From contig NW_014577061.1 in assembly GCF_000485595.1 (NCBI RefSeq), forward strand, positions 1,640,013 to 1,704,012: a stretch of DNA of 64,000 nt. The letters run 5' to 3'. Source of the stretch: Priapulus caudatus (Eukaryota). The translations under genes were made by a program, and so were the position numbers. Each line of letters starts with the position of its first letter. The first letter of the stretch is position 1. The notes beneath the pieces are model-generated. The model ran no database searches. It was given only the letters and a program-made list of their open reading frames with translations, and was not told the DNA's origin. Of this stretch, positions 26,341-40,731 are shown one piece after another.

Positions 26341-27986
26341 CAACCACTACACGAGCGGCAGCACACACACACACGTGCACATACATGTGCAGGTTTTGTG
26401 GGGCCTTATTTGGAAGAAGAGAAAGGGGAGGCGAAAATGGAAGAAATGAGAATAAATGACCGACGAGTAAGATGGTGAGAAGAGAGGGGGAGCATGTGAT
26501 ATAGTGTAGATATTTGTCAGATAATCCTATCGTGCATCAGGTTTGTTATACACGCGCAATTTCCTTGTCTGGCCCGGTAGTGTGCGAACCTGATTATATA
26601 TTGCACATTATAGAGGGAGGGGGGGGGAGATTATTTATGAAAATTGCACTAGACACTGAGCCATATAGCTCTCTGTCACTAGAATATCATCTTTCTTCTC
26701 TGATGCTGGGACGTGTCTATCGTTTTGCATATACTGTCTTTTCCCTGCTGGCATGTCTCCCCTGATGCTGTAACGCCCTCCCCTCGTGCCCAGATGTCTT
26801 GTACTAGCTCTGAAACATCTCCCCTCGTCCCAGGAATGCTCCTGTGCCTTGCCGAACTGCCACTGTTCCATAAATGCTGTGATATTACCGTATATTATAT
26901 TTTGCCAGTAGTCGATCATTTTGGACGCAAAGTCTACCGTTTATCAGGGACTTTGCTGTAAATTAGGTTCATTTACTGGGTCTCGTCGCACGCTGTCTTT
27001 CTCGGTATTGGTTCTCATGCAGTCTCATGGGCTGTTCGTTTTCCATTAGGGCTAATGTCAGTGGCAGAAAAGCCATAAAAGCTTTTAGCCTGCATGAGTC
27101 AGGACCTGGGAGTGTCACCAGGAGACTGCATTATTGGCTGACCAGGGCTTGCATCTGACACGGACAGCGCGTGCAGCGTGCCACTATGTAGTCGCTCTCA
27201 TGTCGGGCGTGGAAAAATCCACCCAGTCCTGTCAACGCTGCTGACTATACGAATGACATTTCATAGTTGTCGTGCACGGTACGTCGTGCAGCAGGTTTTG
27301 GTTATTCCGACCAAATTATGAGACATAAAGAGCAGGCGTACTTTAGCCATTATATTATAATATTTCCCATAATTATGGGGCCGATCTCGGTATAGCTTTT
27401 CTTGCTTAGATATTTGCCACGTCATAGAAATAGCAATGAGAAATTATGATTGGAATCGTGAACATCGGAAATCTGCAACCATGCAAGCTTATAGACGTGC
27501 ATGTCTATTCTTACATTTTCTTACATTTTTGTTATATTTTACATTTTCGTTACGTTTTCTTACATTTCAGATCAATAATAATGTTTCCGTGATTGAGAAG
27601 TGTTGAACAATTACTGAAGTAATGTTGCAGTATTATTGTCACGCAGCATATCTCAATGAGATATCATTGAAATAGAGTAGTTTTATAGTTTAGATTAGTA
27701 AGTTTCAATGACAGTAGTATAAATAAATATAAATATGCACGGTAATATTCGCTAAGATGTGATTACTATTCTAATCATGCTAAAGACTTGGTGTTGGATA
27801 TATTGCAATGACACTCAACGGCAATGATCATTCATGTGTGAAGAGAAAGCGTTGCCTATTGTTCTTGCAATTGCGCTACATGTATGCCAATTTCTGTCGT
27901 AAACATCCCAGGTGGTTCAAATTCTATTATGAGGAAAGAACAAAGACCATGTATCTCTCTTTCTCTGTCTCTCTCGCTCTCTCACA

Positions 27987-28077
<91 letters not shown>

Positions 28078-28225
28078 CAACACACACACACACACACGAC
28101 ACGACCCCGACACACACACACACACACACACACGTACGACGTACCGAACGTAGTACTACTACTACCGTCGTACCTACTACTACGTACCGAGAACGAAGTA
28201 NNNNNNNNNNNNNNNNNNNNNNNNN

Positions 28226-28339
<114 letters not shown>

Positions 28340-28647
28340 CCTTTCTCTCTGTCTCTTTCCATATGTCTCTCTCTCTCTCTGTCTCTCTCCCTTTCTCCCT
28401 TGCTCCCGCTCCCCACTCTCTATCTCACGGGCAGTCTCTCTCTGACCATTTCTTTCTCTCTCGCTCTGCTTCGCTCTCGTATGCTCTTACTCGCTCACCC
28501 TCCCTTTCTCTCTCCCTTCCTTCTTCTCTTGCTCCATTCCAACCCACTCTTCTCGTTGTGGTGTAAACAATGAAATTTATGCATTCTGAAAACAAATTTC
28601 ACAGTATTAAATTTACGCGTTCCACAGCTCCCACTGTGAGCTTGGTT

Positions 28648-29028
28648 AGGCCACCATTTTTTATTTTGTTGGTTTACAGAATTTTTGTTGTTGTTGACTC
28701 GGTAGGGTAAAAAAAAAAAAAAAAATTGTTGTTTTGTCAGATTGATCAAGTCAAAATACAGTGATACTGTTATACATGATCTTAAAGTATTTTAAGAAAA
28801 CTAAATGATAACAAAACTCAACTTATAATTATTTGTACTTTTATTATAAACTATTTGTTTATGAAATGTTTTTGTTTTTTACATTTAAATTTTTTTTATT
28901 CATATTTCTTAGAGACAAGGTCGGCGGGAATAAAAAAAATACAGATTTTCAATTTTTATTTTTTTTCGTTTTTCTTGAAAATTCGGGTCGGCGGATCTGT
29001 AAACCAACAAAATAAAAAATTCTCGCCT
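28648..29028. mobile_element. Non-autonomous TIR element
   Basis: AGGCCACCATTTTTTATTTTGTTGGTTTACAGA vs TCTGTAAACCAACAAAATAAAAAATTCTCGCCT; internal GGTCGGCGG repeats; TSD not evident. Confidence 0.7.
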
Positions 29029-30599
29029 TGCATCATTAAATAATTACTAAACATTCTCCATACGCTAGAAATGTTTAGCAAACTTCAAATTTTCATGAAA
29101 ATTCTTGTCCAAACACTGATTTAGTTGCTGAATAACAATAAATAACAATAAATGCTGAATAACAGCAGAAACGACAACAATGGATCCACCACACGCACGC
29201 ATACACGCGATCACACGTAAAAGTTACGTATGGCGTTTTAGCACATTGGGGGCGGCGTCTTATGGAAAATTGCATAGAGGTCAAGAATGTGTTAATGCTA
29301 TATTGATAGGCTCTCGGTAAGAGACGTCGGTGGCGATTATGATTCGCAGCTTGTTAGCTCGCCTAGCTTCCCGAACACTAGCCGTCATGGTGGCACACTG
29401 CACATGACGCCGCGCGACACGTGAGCGCGACCAGCAGACGATGATACAACAATAGTATATTAGGTACTTGGCTGGGGTACGCGCCATAGTATGTGCGAGG
29501 CACGTGAGAGGCGAATATTGTACAGTTCTGCCAAGTGCTACCACTTAGCATATGTGTGGATGTAGTAGATACTAGTGAATGTAGTGGCGTTTGTGTACCC
29601 AACTGCATGTCTTTCACCATTGTCTGATACAAACTTGCAGAACGGAGCTTTTTGAGAAAATAGGGTGGTATATGCTAGTATACTATTTATTCAGTTTATC
29701 ACGCCACTCACCAAGTGTTTCTACGTTTTACGTTTGTCTGTAATGTGCCTTCATGAAGATTTATGTGGCATGACTTACGTTATCGACTAGTAGCGTTGTA
29801 GAATCAGATGATTCAATTGTGGGTTGAGTTGAAGACTAACCCTCCTCAAATACTATTAGAAGCGTCATTCCACGTTAGCATCTCAGTCTCTCCCCCAGAT
29901 AGGGTAGCCCGCCAGGCACTATTACCATTTGTTTACGTGAAAGAGTTAAAACGGGCGCACGTAGGGTCATATCTCATTGGGTGGTAGTTCATGGGGTGTC
30001 TTCAGGAAATTGGTCGCGGTGAATTTGTGATCGCACGAGGCGGTCTTATATCGCGACTGCTTGCGCTGACAGGTTTCAGCTTCTACGGACACGTTCGCAG
30101 TGAAGCACGCACAGTGTTTATATTTGCAAAACATTTCTTATATTAATAAGTAATTTACGTATGTTTCATCAAGCGATTCCAGCAGCAAATTATGGAATCC
30201 TTCCCGCGTGGCGTTTCGTATATAGCAACCTGACTACACCCACATAACGTACACTCATTGTAAAGGAAACAAATTATTTCTGAAGTATCAACGTGCATTT
30301 TAATTGGTTACTGATTGCAGCAGCCTTATAATTTTGACCCTAGCTTATTACATGGTATTGGTTGTATGCCTTCATGACTTTGTGATTGGATAAATTAACC
30401 AACATAAGCGTCTGTATTTATAACTAGTCACAATGCATTGAATGACAGTAACGTATTTCTGTGGCGCGTAGAATGCTGGGTGTGATTTATGAAGTGAGGA
30501 CTGTGGAGCTCCTTTCACATGCTTGTAATTATTCTAGGAATTATGCGTACGTGGTATTAGGTCTGCTTTCTCGGAAGGTTATTGTCATTCTCGTACGTT

Positions 30600-31050
30600 A
30601 TTGTTGTTCTCGTCCGTTTTCAAGTGTGGCTGGATAGAACTGACAAGCATTGCCACGCCGCCCTATTTGGTCATGGTCAGCTGCAGTAGTCATTTGTTTG
30701 TCGGATTTTCTTACCAACGGGTTAAAATTGGGTCAGTATACGGTTTTGTGCTCGATGCGGATGTAGGTCAGGGACTCTCTGGTCATTTTAGTCTCTCAAC
30801 TCCATCTCTCAGTAGCCTAGCTTAGCTTTGTGGGGGATTGGGTTAAAGGGGGTCACCATCTGCATTTTATTTACAGACGGATAAAACAAAGCCACGCACT
30901 AATTTGGTTCCTGTCGACCAGGATGACCATCTGACTGCTGCCGCTAAGCTTTCTGCGGCTACCCTGAATTTCCTTTAGCCGTTATAGTCAGCCTTGGCCA
31001 GATTGTAAGCTGTCTGTTAGCATTGGATATGAGTGCTAGTGTCATAAGTA
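30600..31050 (-). mobile_element. Highly degraded LINE (CR1/L2-like) ORF2 remnant
   Basis: Minus strand translates as YNLAKADYNG*RKF...W and later NQISAWLCF, resembling the linker after the endonuclease domain; contains stops and frameshifts. Confidence 0.4.
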
Positions 31051-31762
31051 GAAGATGTGCAGGGTAGATATACTCAGTAGTTATTGGCAAGTGTTTTGGA
31101 TACGACAGGAAGAAACGTATATTGAACGATAAAGCAGATGAAGTTGCTAATTCGTATATGTGATAATGACATCCACGCATGCGTGTAGGTAATTTGACTG
31201 TGAAATGGTGATTTGACACAATGACTAATTTGAGTAAATACAAAAATTAATTGTGTCCGCGTATGAAATTATATATAGACAATTTAACCTGCGATAATAA
31301 TTCAAATATTAAAAATACATTCCTAATATCCTTCCTAATATATTCCTAAAATCCCCGCGTTTTCCAAAAAAAAACACCACTTTAACTTCACGCACCAGTT
31401 GCAACGCTATACACAAACACTCACGAATACGATGTTAGATTTGTCCGACGCTGGGAGGGAGCGGTATAGCTAGAGATAACGGCTCCCCCAATCACGGTGA
31501 CAGTAATATATCCCCCCACCACAGGCTGCCCAATGGCCGGATGCGCCATGGCTGGTGATGACCGCGCTTGGCGTCGCCATGCCGGACACTGCCGCGGGCA
31601 GCTGACAACGACGGTCTGCGTCTACAGGGTAGCCAACCCCTCAGGAAGGCGGCCGCGATGATAAAAGCTTTCCAGTTCTTTGTTGCCCGCGTGATTGGCT
31701 GGCTTTGTTGTGATTAGAGATGGGTAATTGAGGCCGGCCAAACTGGGGAGTGCCCTGTTTAC

Positions 31763-31984
31763 TGTATTCCCCAGCTCGTGCAGGACTGGTGTCCCGGGCT
31801 GTATTCCCCAGCTCGTGCAGGGCTGGTGTCCCGGGCTGTATTCCCCAGCTCGTGCAGGGCTGGTGTCCCGGGCTGTATTCCCCAGCTCGTGCAGGGCTGG
31901 TGTCCCTGGCTGAATTCCCCAGCTCGTGCAGGGCTGCTGTCCCGGGCTGTATTCCTCAGCTCGTGCAGGGCGGGTGTCCCGGGC
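31763..31984 (+). repeat. GC-rich 37-bp minisatellite, 6 copies
   Basis: TGTATTCCCCAGCTCGTGCAGGGCTGGTGTCCCGGGC and close variants at 31763, 31800, 31837, 31874, 31911 and 31948. Confidence 0.95.
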
Positions 31985-32133
31985 TGGGGGGGGGGCTGCT
32001 GAAGAGAAAGGACTAGCCACATAAGTGAGGCGAGACAGACAGACAGATTGAGAGGGACCGAGAGACAGAGAGTACGCGAGCGAGAGAAGAGAGAAACAAA
32101 GCCACACACACTCACAGAGAGGAAATGGGGAGG

Positions 32134-32252
<119 letters not shown>

Positions 32253-33959
32253 CAGAGATATAGACTTATAGCAGATAGCGTTAAGTAAATAGATATGCAC
32301 ATGCGTGCTTTGTTGTAATTCTACCGTGTTTCGCGTGACAAGTATGGAAAGATGATACACTCGTGTAGTAAACTGCCTTTGTCTAATACTCCCAGATTCT
32401 TCTGTTATAATCAACAATTCATTTACGCGAAGTATTCCACGGCTAGCGCTCTCTAGATCACCATGCAGGCAGCGGCTGAAAAGGCGAAAACTATTCGCTT
32501 GTCATTTAGTCGTAATAAATGTGGCAATAGATGCCCACGATTACAATGGAAAGCATGCCGTGAGATGTGGAGTCGTTCTCCATATATCTCACCTAGCATC
32601 TGTCGCACATAGTTGTGTCTGATCAGTCATTTACATTGCATGAGTATAACTACGCGCATGCACAGTTGGAGGGGTCGGGTCGATTGCAGGTGCAAATACG
32701 TAAGTATCTATGATCGTAGGGGGCAATCTCTACCTGCGTGCATGGAATCGGGGTGAGCGTAGCTGTATACAATGTAGGTGTGGGCTCACCAGTCTTCAAT
32801 GAGCGTGGCGTGTGTACACGCGTAAAAGCAGTATGCAAACACTCGCTTACACAGGGAGGGAACTGCATACCTGGCCAAAGTAGATTCATTGAACATTTAC
32901 GTGAAAGGAGACAAAATTATCTTGATCTGCGTCAGTGAACAGAGAGTCTGTCGCGATCACGAAAGCTATTGATTGTGAATTTCGCGACGCCTCCCATATC
33001 CCTGATAACCCACGTTAGCTCCAAAGTAGAGCTTTAATTAGCGACTTTAACAACAGGACTTGTATCACAGTCTAAAGTACATATGAGATACCGGCGCAAC
33101 GATAGGACGGAACCGACGTGCGAAACACCCACGGCACATTCGACAGCTATAGTATAGCGACGACGGCACACTATCTTATGTATATAAGTGTGAGTTACGC
33201 CTGTCGAAATAGCGAAATAGCGAAATAGCGAAAACCCGCTTGCGCAGTAGTTTCAGCTTCTCTCTACTTGCTTCAAAATTTCCATCTATAGTGAGTGCAA
33301 CAAAATACTGATTATTATTGGGAGAGTATTATACTGAGATAAGTAGTTAATCAGAGTAAGCTTCGGACAGATGACATTAGATCATGGAAAGACGTTATTT
33401 AGTTTTCCTCAACGTACAGAACTGTGACAATAATTATTGCCGTAACAATAATTCAAGGAAAGGAATTCGTCTCAGCTACCATATTTTTGTAAATGATAAA
33501 AGAACCACCGTCCTTTCATTTTAATTCTAAATAGAATAGCGTGAAAATATGTTTTAATTCATTATATCTGTTAATCCTGTGTCATCTCATCATGCTCTTT
33601 TCACGCCCCCCCCCCCACTCCCAAATTTCACCCGTCACCCTGAATGGCCCTCAACCCTTATCTCATTAACGTTGACACGTGACGGGGCACGTAGGTGATG
33701 TCAGCAAGCGTTAATAAATAGAGAAATACTGAAAAGTGTTGTACGCCCGCGTGCGTGACGCCAGCAAATTTTGTATATACAGAAAATTTCCATAGGTTAG
33801 CCGCCCACACTTCAGGTATTTCAGCGACTTCAAACACCTCGCATGAACGGTACGCCTGATTGAATATGAAATCGGTGATGTGATGTGAAATCGCTCGGGA
33901 GTTACTCGGTGCTGTCTGCCACCGCTTCATGCGGCCGCGTGTGTGTGCGTGTGTATGTA

Positions 33960-34101
<142 letters not shown>

Positions 34102-34210
34102 TACGTAGTACGAGTCTACGTCGTAGTTACGTTACGTTACGTTAACTTAACTNNNNNNNNNNTGTTACTTAGTTATTACTTACTTACGTTACTATATAAT
34201 ATATACCAGT

Positions 34211-34268
<58 letters not shown>

Positions 34269-35653
34269 TGTCTCTGCGACGTATCACTCATATAGTATAT
34301 TAATATTGTATATTAAAATGTGGAAACAACGATACCAGTTGGTATTTTTACTAAAATATGAATGCTTTATATAGTATGTTGTGCATATAGAATTTTTCCG
34401 ATTAATAATTGCCACTCTATAATAATGTGTAACCGATTATACAGTGGGATAATAGTAAAAGCTGGTTAATATAAATAACACTATATATTAGTCTACGGTA
34501 TTACCGCCAAATGAGGAGTTATTCTGAGCCTGTTAAACTCGATCGATGATTGGTCTGGCGGAATATTTCAACGCACTCGTTAATTTAAATATCGCTGTTC
34601 ATTCGGTGTTAGGGAGTGTGGGAATCCGTAGCGCCGATGCCAGGCGCGATCAGGTGTTGTTGCTAGCAGTAGTCACACCGGGCAACAGTTGGCACGAGCA
34701 CGCGCCCAGCAGCAGCTATTTTTCCACTAGGTCCTTTGTCAGTTTTTGTGCGCGTCAGCTGCGCGGACGCATGGCCGCGTCTTTGTCACGCAGCGAGGCG
34801 GAGTGACCCCTAACCTGCACACGGTCCGCGCCTCGTGTGGGCGGCTTGTTCCACTAGGCTATTGTTGACACGCGGAGCACGCCATATCGCACCCCGATCG
34901 CTACCGCTGGCAGCGTTTTTTCTATCAACACCCCCCTCCCCCACCCCGGCGCCCCTTCATCCCCTATTATCCAATTGTGCATAATGGCGAGAGTTCTGTA
35001 ACAGCAACATTTTTTAGCTCGTTAAGTAAGCGCTATTATCCGCCCGGTTGACAGGGGTTAAAGGCTGCTTCGCTCGGCAGCGCCTGGCTTTGTCCGACGC
35101 ACTGTTGTCACTGTGATTGCACATAATGGCACGCGTTTTTTAAGCAAACAGCCTATTATGCGATCGGTTACTCTTTAACGATAGGGGTTAAAGACTTTTA
35201 TGACCTCGTTGCTCGCTAATAAATAGCCCAATAGCGGCGCAATATGCTTTGTGCGGCACGTGGCCCTTATTGCCGGTGTCATGTTTTTTTGCTGATCGGA
35301 TTACAGTGTCGGATCGAGGGGCGTGGACAATGAGGCTTGAGTGGCGCCCAGGGTTTTTTTCCTACTCGTTGACATATGGGAAGTGACAGGCGCTGAAAAA
35401 ATGATTAGCCTCTTCTTGGCATCAATATCGCATGAGTTCGGTAATCTCCCCGCCCCCGAGTAACTGCCCAGCAGGAGGCGTGTCAGGCGACGGCGCCTCG
35501 TTTACGAAAAAATTGCATTTATTGGTGGAGTGGAGGAGCGGGGCGGGCGAGGCTGCGGTAAAGAGATCCAGTTAGGCCGAAGCAGTATATGTATTGCCCA
35601 GATAAAAAAAATATTTCACGTTCTGTGGACGCTATATGTTTACCAGTTTTGAT

Positions 35654-35977
35654 CACAGGCACTTGGAGCGTTTCAATAAATTACAATGCTAAATAAATAC
35701 GAAATCTATTTACTACCAAAGTCTTAATGTTTCTCTATACTCTGTTTCACCTATTATTGCCTACAATTTCCTGTAAATGCCGTCCAAATGCTCATCTACA
35801 ACACACGCTGGCTGCCGAACGCTAGCTGCTGCAGACTGACACATAAATATATCATTTGGACGGCATTTACAGGAAATTGTCGGCAATAATAAGTGAAAGA
35901 GAGTAGAGCAACTGGTTGTAAATAGATTTCGTATTTATTTATCATTATATTTTATTGAAACGCTCCAAGTGCCTGTG
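35654..35977. mobile_element. hAT-like MITE, CACAGGCACTTGG family
   Basis: TIR CACAGGCACTTGGAGCGTTTCAATAAA; near-palindromic body; perfect 8-bp TSD GTTTTGAT (35646-35653 and 35978-35985). Confidence 0.92.
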
Positions 35978-37811
35978 GTTTTGATCACCACTTTAGTGAG
36001 GGTTTGTTTTGATGATGTGCTACCCGAAATTCTTATTAATCAGGAATAGTACATAAAAAAATACATGTTACTGCGTGCAATACTACCATAGACATAGCAG
36101 TTATATCGCGCACAGTTTCGCTATGAATGTCGATTTGTTGCGTAATTTTGTAGGTTCTGTAGCAGGAATGTTTTCTGGCTTGTACCATACTAACTACTAA
36201 GGATAGCATCTAGTGTCATGGCAGATTGTCTTAAAATTATCCCAAACTTTAAATCCGCTGACGAACGTTAGAACATTCAATATTACAAAAACAGATGATT
36301 GGTAGGTGTGAGTGTGCTCATGCATAATGTGTTCCGTGATTATCGTTAACATAAAAATCAAGTTATGGGTTTCATATCAAGGGGTCTATATTTTTTGTAA
36401 ACGACATTAGTTAAAATCGTTGTAAAAAATCAGCATCGCGTTCAGCATGACGTTATCTACACAATTAAAAAAATCTCGGTGCGCCTTTGCTGTTAAAAAC
36501 CTCTCCTTTAAGTGCTATTGGTCAGTATGTTAAGCAGAATTTATGTCATCCTTTCATCAAAAAATGACGCGGCTTTTCATTTCCTTCCTATCTGCTTCTG
36601 ATAAGATGGTTAGTGAAGCCAGTAAAAATTTTATTTTATGTTACTTCGCCTCGTTCGGAGACGAGAAGGCTTAAAAGATTCCAAGTTACCAATAGCCCGG
36701 TTATCCCGTCATTTAAGCACCTAAAGTCGCGGGTGCGTTAGAGAAGAAAACAAGAAGTAAGCTAAAAGATTATTCATAATTTAGGAAAATGGTTTGAGAA
36801 ATTTAATAAAAGTAACGTGAGGTAATGATTTCCTTTAAACACGGGTTCTGTGTGTAGATGCCATGATGCATGTGTGGGCGCGTGCGTGTGTGCGCATTTT
36901 ATCACTTTGCATAAGACGTTTGTTGTGACCCCAGGCACGTAACTGGCGTGTGCGCGGGGCACAGGCTCAAGCTGCTGGTTGGGGAAAATCGGTTTGTTCT
37001 CGCTCAACCTGCGTACATGCAGCATTCGCGAATAACAACGTGATTGGAGATGCTAACTAGTCCCGCGGAAGCCCTTAGGCGGGAGGCGAAACGCGTTTGT
37101 CGCGCTAACGCAGCAAAGCAATGATCAGCAGCACGAAAATCCATGGCACCCAGCGAAGCCGCAACCACTTCACCGTAATGGTCAGCCTGGTAATGCATGG
37201 TAATTTCCTTTTTGTTAATTAGTGGATGGCTGGGCTTATCTGGACAGTAATCCCGAAGAAAATCTAACCCTTTATTGGATAATGCATCGCTGCCGCTACA
37301 AAGCAAGTGCGAAAGCTCTGCCGATGATTAAATCGCCTCTTCGATGACCTACTTTCGTAAAACAGCAGTAACTGCAATTACGCTGGACATCGATGAAATT
37401 CCAATAGCGCTGGAGCTGAGCAGGAGCGCTGAGTGAGTAAACCCCCGAGAGAGAGGCTTTGAGCGCGTGCACGAGAGAGAGAGAGAGAGATAGAGAGAGA
37501 TGTGCTGAGGGCTAAATATGCACTGGAGCATGCTGCACGAGTCAAATGATTGAGCGAAGGAAGAAAGGATGGAGACAACTTTTACCATAGGAGATTATAT
37601 ATATAGAGAGAGTGTATATTGGGGAAAGATAATATTACGCGTGTGTGCGTGCCTGCGTGCGCGCGTCTGTTAGAGAGAGGGGGGAGGGAGAGGGAAGGAG
37701 GGAGGGAGGGAGAGAGGAAGACAGACGGACGGACGGACGCACAGACATGTATATATATAATATATATATATATATATAAAGAGAGAGAGAGAGAGAGACG
37801 GAGACAGAGAG

Positions 37812-37861
<50 letters not shown>

Positions 37862-37938
37862 GAGAAAGAGGAAGTGAGAGAGGGGGTAGATAGAGGGACA
37901 GAGACAGATGTAGATAAACAGAACACAAATAGAGCGAA

Positions 37939-38008
<70 letters not shown>

Positions 38009-39552
38009 CGAACACAGAGAAAGAGAGGGTGGGGAGGAACAGAGGACAAAAGGAAGAACACGAGAAGCTATATAGACAAGCAGCGCTGATAGCCAGCTTG
38101 CTTAGCTTAGCGCGGCCCACCCGACCCGGCCAGAAAAATCAATAAGGAAAACTGCCCAGCACATAGCAAATATGCGTACCTAACCCTTACCCCTTTAGCA
38201 AATACTTGTTGTTGGCGTGCACTGTATTGCATTACACGGGACATGAATGGCTGATCGCGCGGTGCAGCAACAAATATTCAAGGTCTAATTTTAGGTTATC
38301 ATGGTCTATAGATGATATTTTGTTTATCGAAACATTGCTCGTCGTATCGCTAGCATACTCACTGGACGTTGATTTGTAATTTCATCCATTCCTATGTTAT
38401 CAAGGAGTTCGGTATCTCAATAACCTCACACTACTGTTATTGATTTCTTGCACAAACCCCAGCATCACAAGTAAGCATTTCGTAGAACAAATCATCACGC
38501 ATACCCAGAGGCAAATATATAGTATATATATAGGCCCTATAGCTAAATGTATGCACGCAAGTATGTAAACAGCATACTACATCTGCAACGCCGAAGCCCG
38601 TTTGAGAGGCGGAAAATCATGGATTAACAGTGTAAATAACCTGTCGCTAAAGATTGCACGTGAGAGGATTTTGAGGTCGCTACTTTCAAAAATAAAGTTG
38701 CATTTAGCACTAGTGCACGCCTAATATCGAACCCTGCGTGTGCCCGAGAAATCGGTGCGATTTTCGTCTGACTGTGATGCATGCCTGTGTTTCCATTGTT
38801 TGTTCTATGTTGTTATGAATCCCTGTTCTGTTACGTTGTATTGGATAAGCCTGCAGTCAGTTGTTTTTCGGTTCACTTGTACTTACTGTTATTTATACTT
38901 AATTAAAATCGGGGAGTCGCTCACAGGATGACTGCATAGGTTAAATAAAATCTCGCTTTGTTTTCTAATATGCCATGCTCATATACTATTAAAATGCCAA
39001 CGGACTCCATAGACAACTATGCATGTTTTTACAGCACGTAAATATTTGCAGCCTTATAAGGCGCTTGTAGAAGTGTCGTTGTTTTCCGTACATCCGTCAA
39101 TGAAGTGTCAAAGATACATTATAACTGAATTTGTCTCGATGTCGATGTGGTTTTAGTCGCACCCAATCTTCGTGTGTTTGTAATCGTTAAGTTCATGAAC
39201 GCCGGATTTGAAACATTTAAACTCTGTCGTGCTGTTCAAAATTTACTGAATCGGTTTTAATTGCATCTGATTTTCTCACGCAATTCACACCGAAGTGTGA
39301 TTTGCGCTCGCGCTCTTAACGCCACTTTCAATTAATGGTATCTACGAAGGATTAGCGAGGTTCGCAAGATCGCTTGTCACTTTCGATAGAACGGAGAAAT
39401 TTATCCAGAAGTGCCTCGTCGAGAATTACGCCCCCGTTTAGGCGGCACGTTTTTATCTTCATTCGGATTTAAAAGTCAAACAAATTAAAGCCAACGAAAT
39501 TCCGCAGTTAAAACGAAACCTAATGAAGTCCACGCGTAAGCGATTACGGATC

Positions 39553-39941
39553 ACACTGTCTCCACACACGCGGCACGACACGACACAGCAAAACGGAGCG
39601 CCGTTGTGCTGAAAAAAATGCACTGTGATTTCGCGCATTGTGTTCACTCTGGTTCAGTGATCAGAAATTATGCATGTGCTTGTTGTCCATTGGCTGATGG
39701 TGGCGTGAGCAGAACACGTGATAAAAACAATCGCGTTGATTGGTTCAACTGTCTTTCTCCGTACACGGCAGCCGGCAAAAGTCAAACTGAGTTTCGCCGT
39801 CGCCGTGAAACCGGGCTGGCGCCGTGCCGTGTCAGTGGAGACTGCGCCTTAAGATATAATAGATTTAAACTTTGCCGGTAGGGGTGAACGACGCCGTTTC
39901 CGTGGCGTTCCGTGCCGCGCCGCGTGTGTGGAGACGGGCCT
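39553..39941. mobile_element. Degenerate Harbinger-like MITE with duplicated right end
   Basis: GTCTCCACACACGCGGC (39558) is inverted at 39919-39935; a second right-end-like motif GTGGAGACTGCGCC lies at ~39835-39848. Confidence 0.6.
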
Positions 39942-40341
39942 TCAAGCTTGCGACGCGGCGCGTTGGTATGCACGGTGGCGGTGTGCGGCTTTGACGTCTC
40001 CTCCCGAGTCGTTTTGCACAGGGAGGTCATTGGGGCGGTTTTGCGCGTGGAGACCGCCGTCATTTCTGCCATCATTCTGCGCGCCCCATCCGCACTCATT
40101 ATTCGACCTGTGTCCCTTTCTGGGCTCGACAAACACGACGCGGTCGCCGGGAAACAAATTGCAGCTGAGACTGTTATGGAAATTCCTCGCCAAAGCCTCT
40201 ATAGAGCAATCTGCAGCAGCGGCGCAATGATGTGGGCTGTTTCTCGGTAACAGAGCGGGTGTATTCCCCCTAGACATTGCAATACCCGGCACGTACTGTT
40301 CCCCCCCCCCGCCGTCATCCCGTGGTGAGTAGGTAATATAC

Positions 40342-40687
40342 CACTGGGGGGGGGGGAAGTTCGTGGTCTCTCGACCTCTCCCTCATGTCGAGTCGCTATA
40401 GGCAATCAAAACCAATGTTCAAGAGCTAAATATAAATAAATAAATAAATATATGTGTGTAATATATATATATATATATATATATAATTATCATAGACGCT
40501 TATGAATAGACTGGGGGGGGGGGGGTTCCTGGTTTCTCGAACTCTCCCTCATGTCGATTCGCTATAAATAGTTTAGGGGACCATACTTGAAATGCACCTG
40601 AGCGAGTGATAGTGTTTTACCCGCCTCAAATTTGCTAGATTGACTTGGTACTACTAGGCAATTTTACAAGAGCTAAATATATATATA

Positions 40688-40728
<41 letters not shown>
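40342..40728 (+). repeat. Diverged tandem duplication (poly-G...CTCTCCCTCATGTCGA.TCGCTATA...CAAGAGCTAAATAT(AT)n)
   Basis: Copies start at ~40343 and ~40511. Confidence 0.8.

Positions 40729-40731
<3 letters not shown>

Noticed and set aside
28135..28200. Odd TACG-rich text here and at 34099-34195 and ~46858-46880
   Set aside because: It follows long microsatellites, mostly at contig ends, and resembles pyrosequencing flow-order noise rather than biology.
31763..31984. 37-bp repeats of CRISPR-like length
   Set aside because: Head-to-tail units without spacers, no cas genes, and an animal context.
35063..35085. GCTTCGCTCGGCAGC resembling the U6 5' stem
   Set aside because: No ACAGAGA box or rest of U6.
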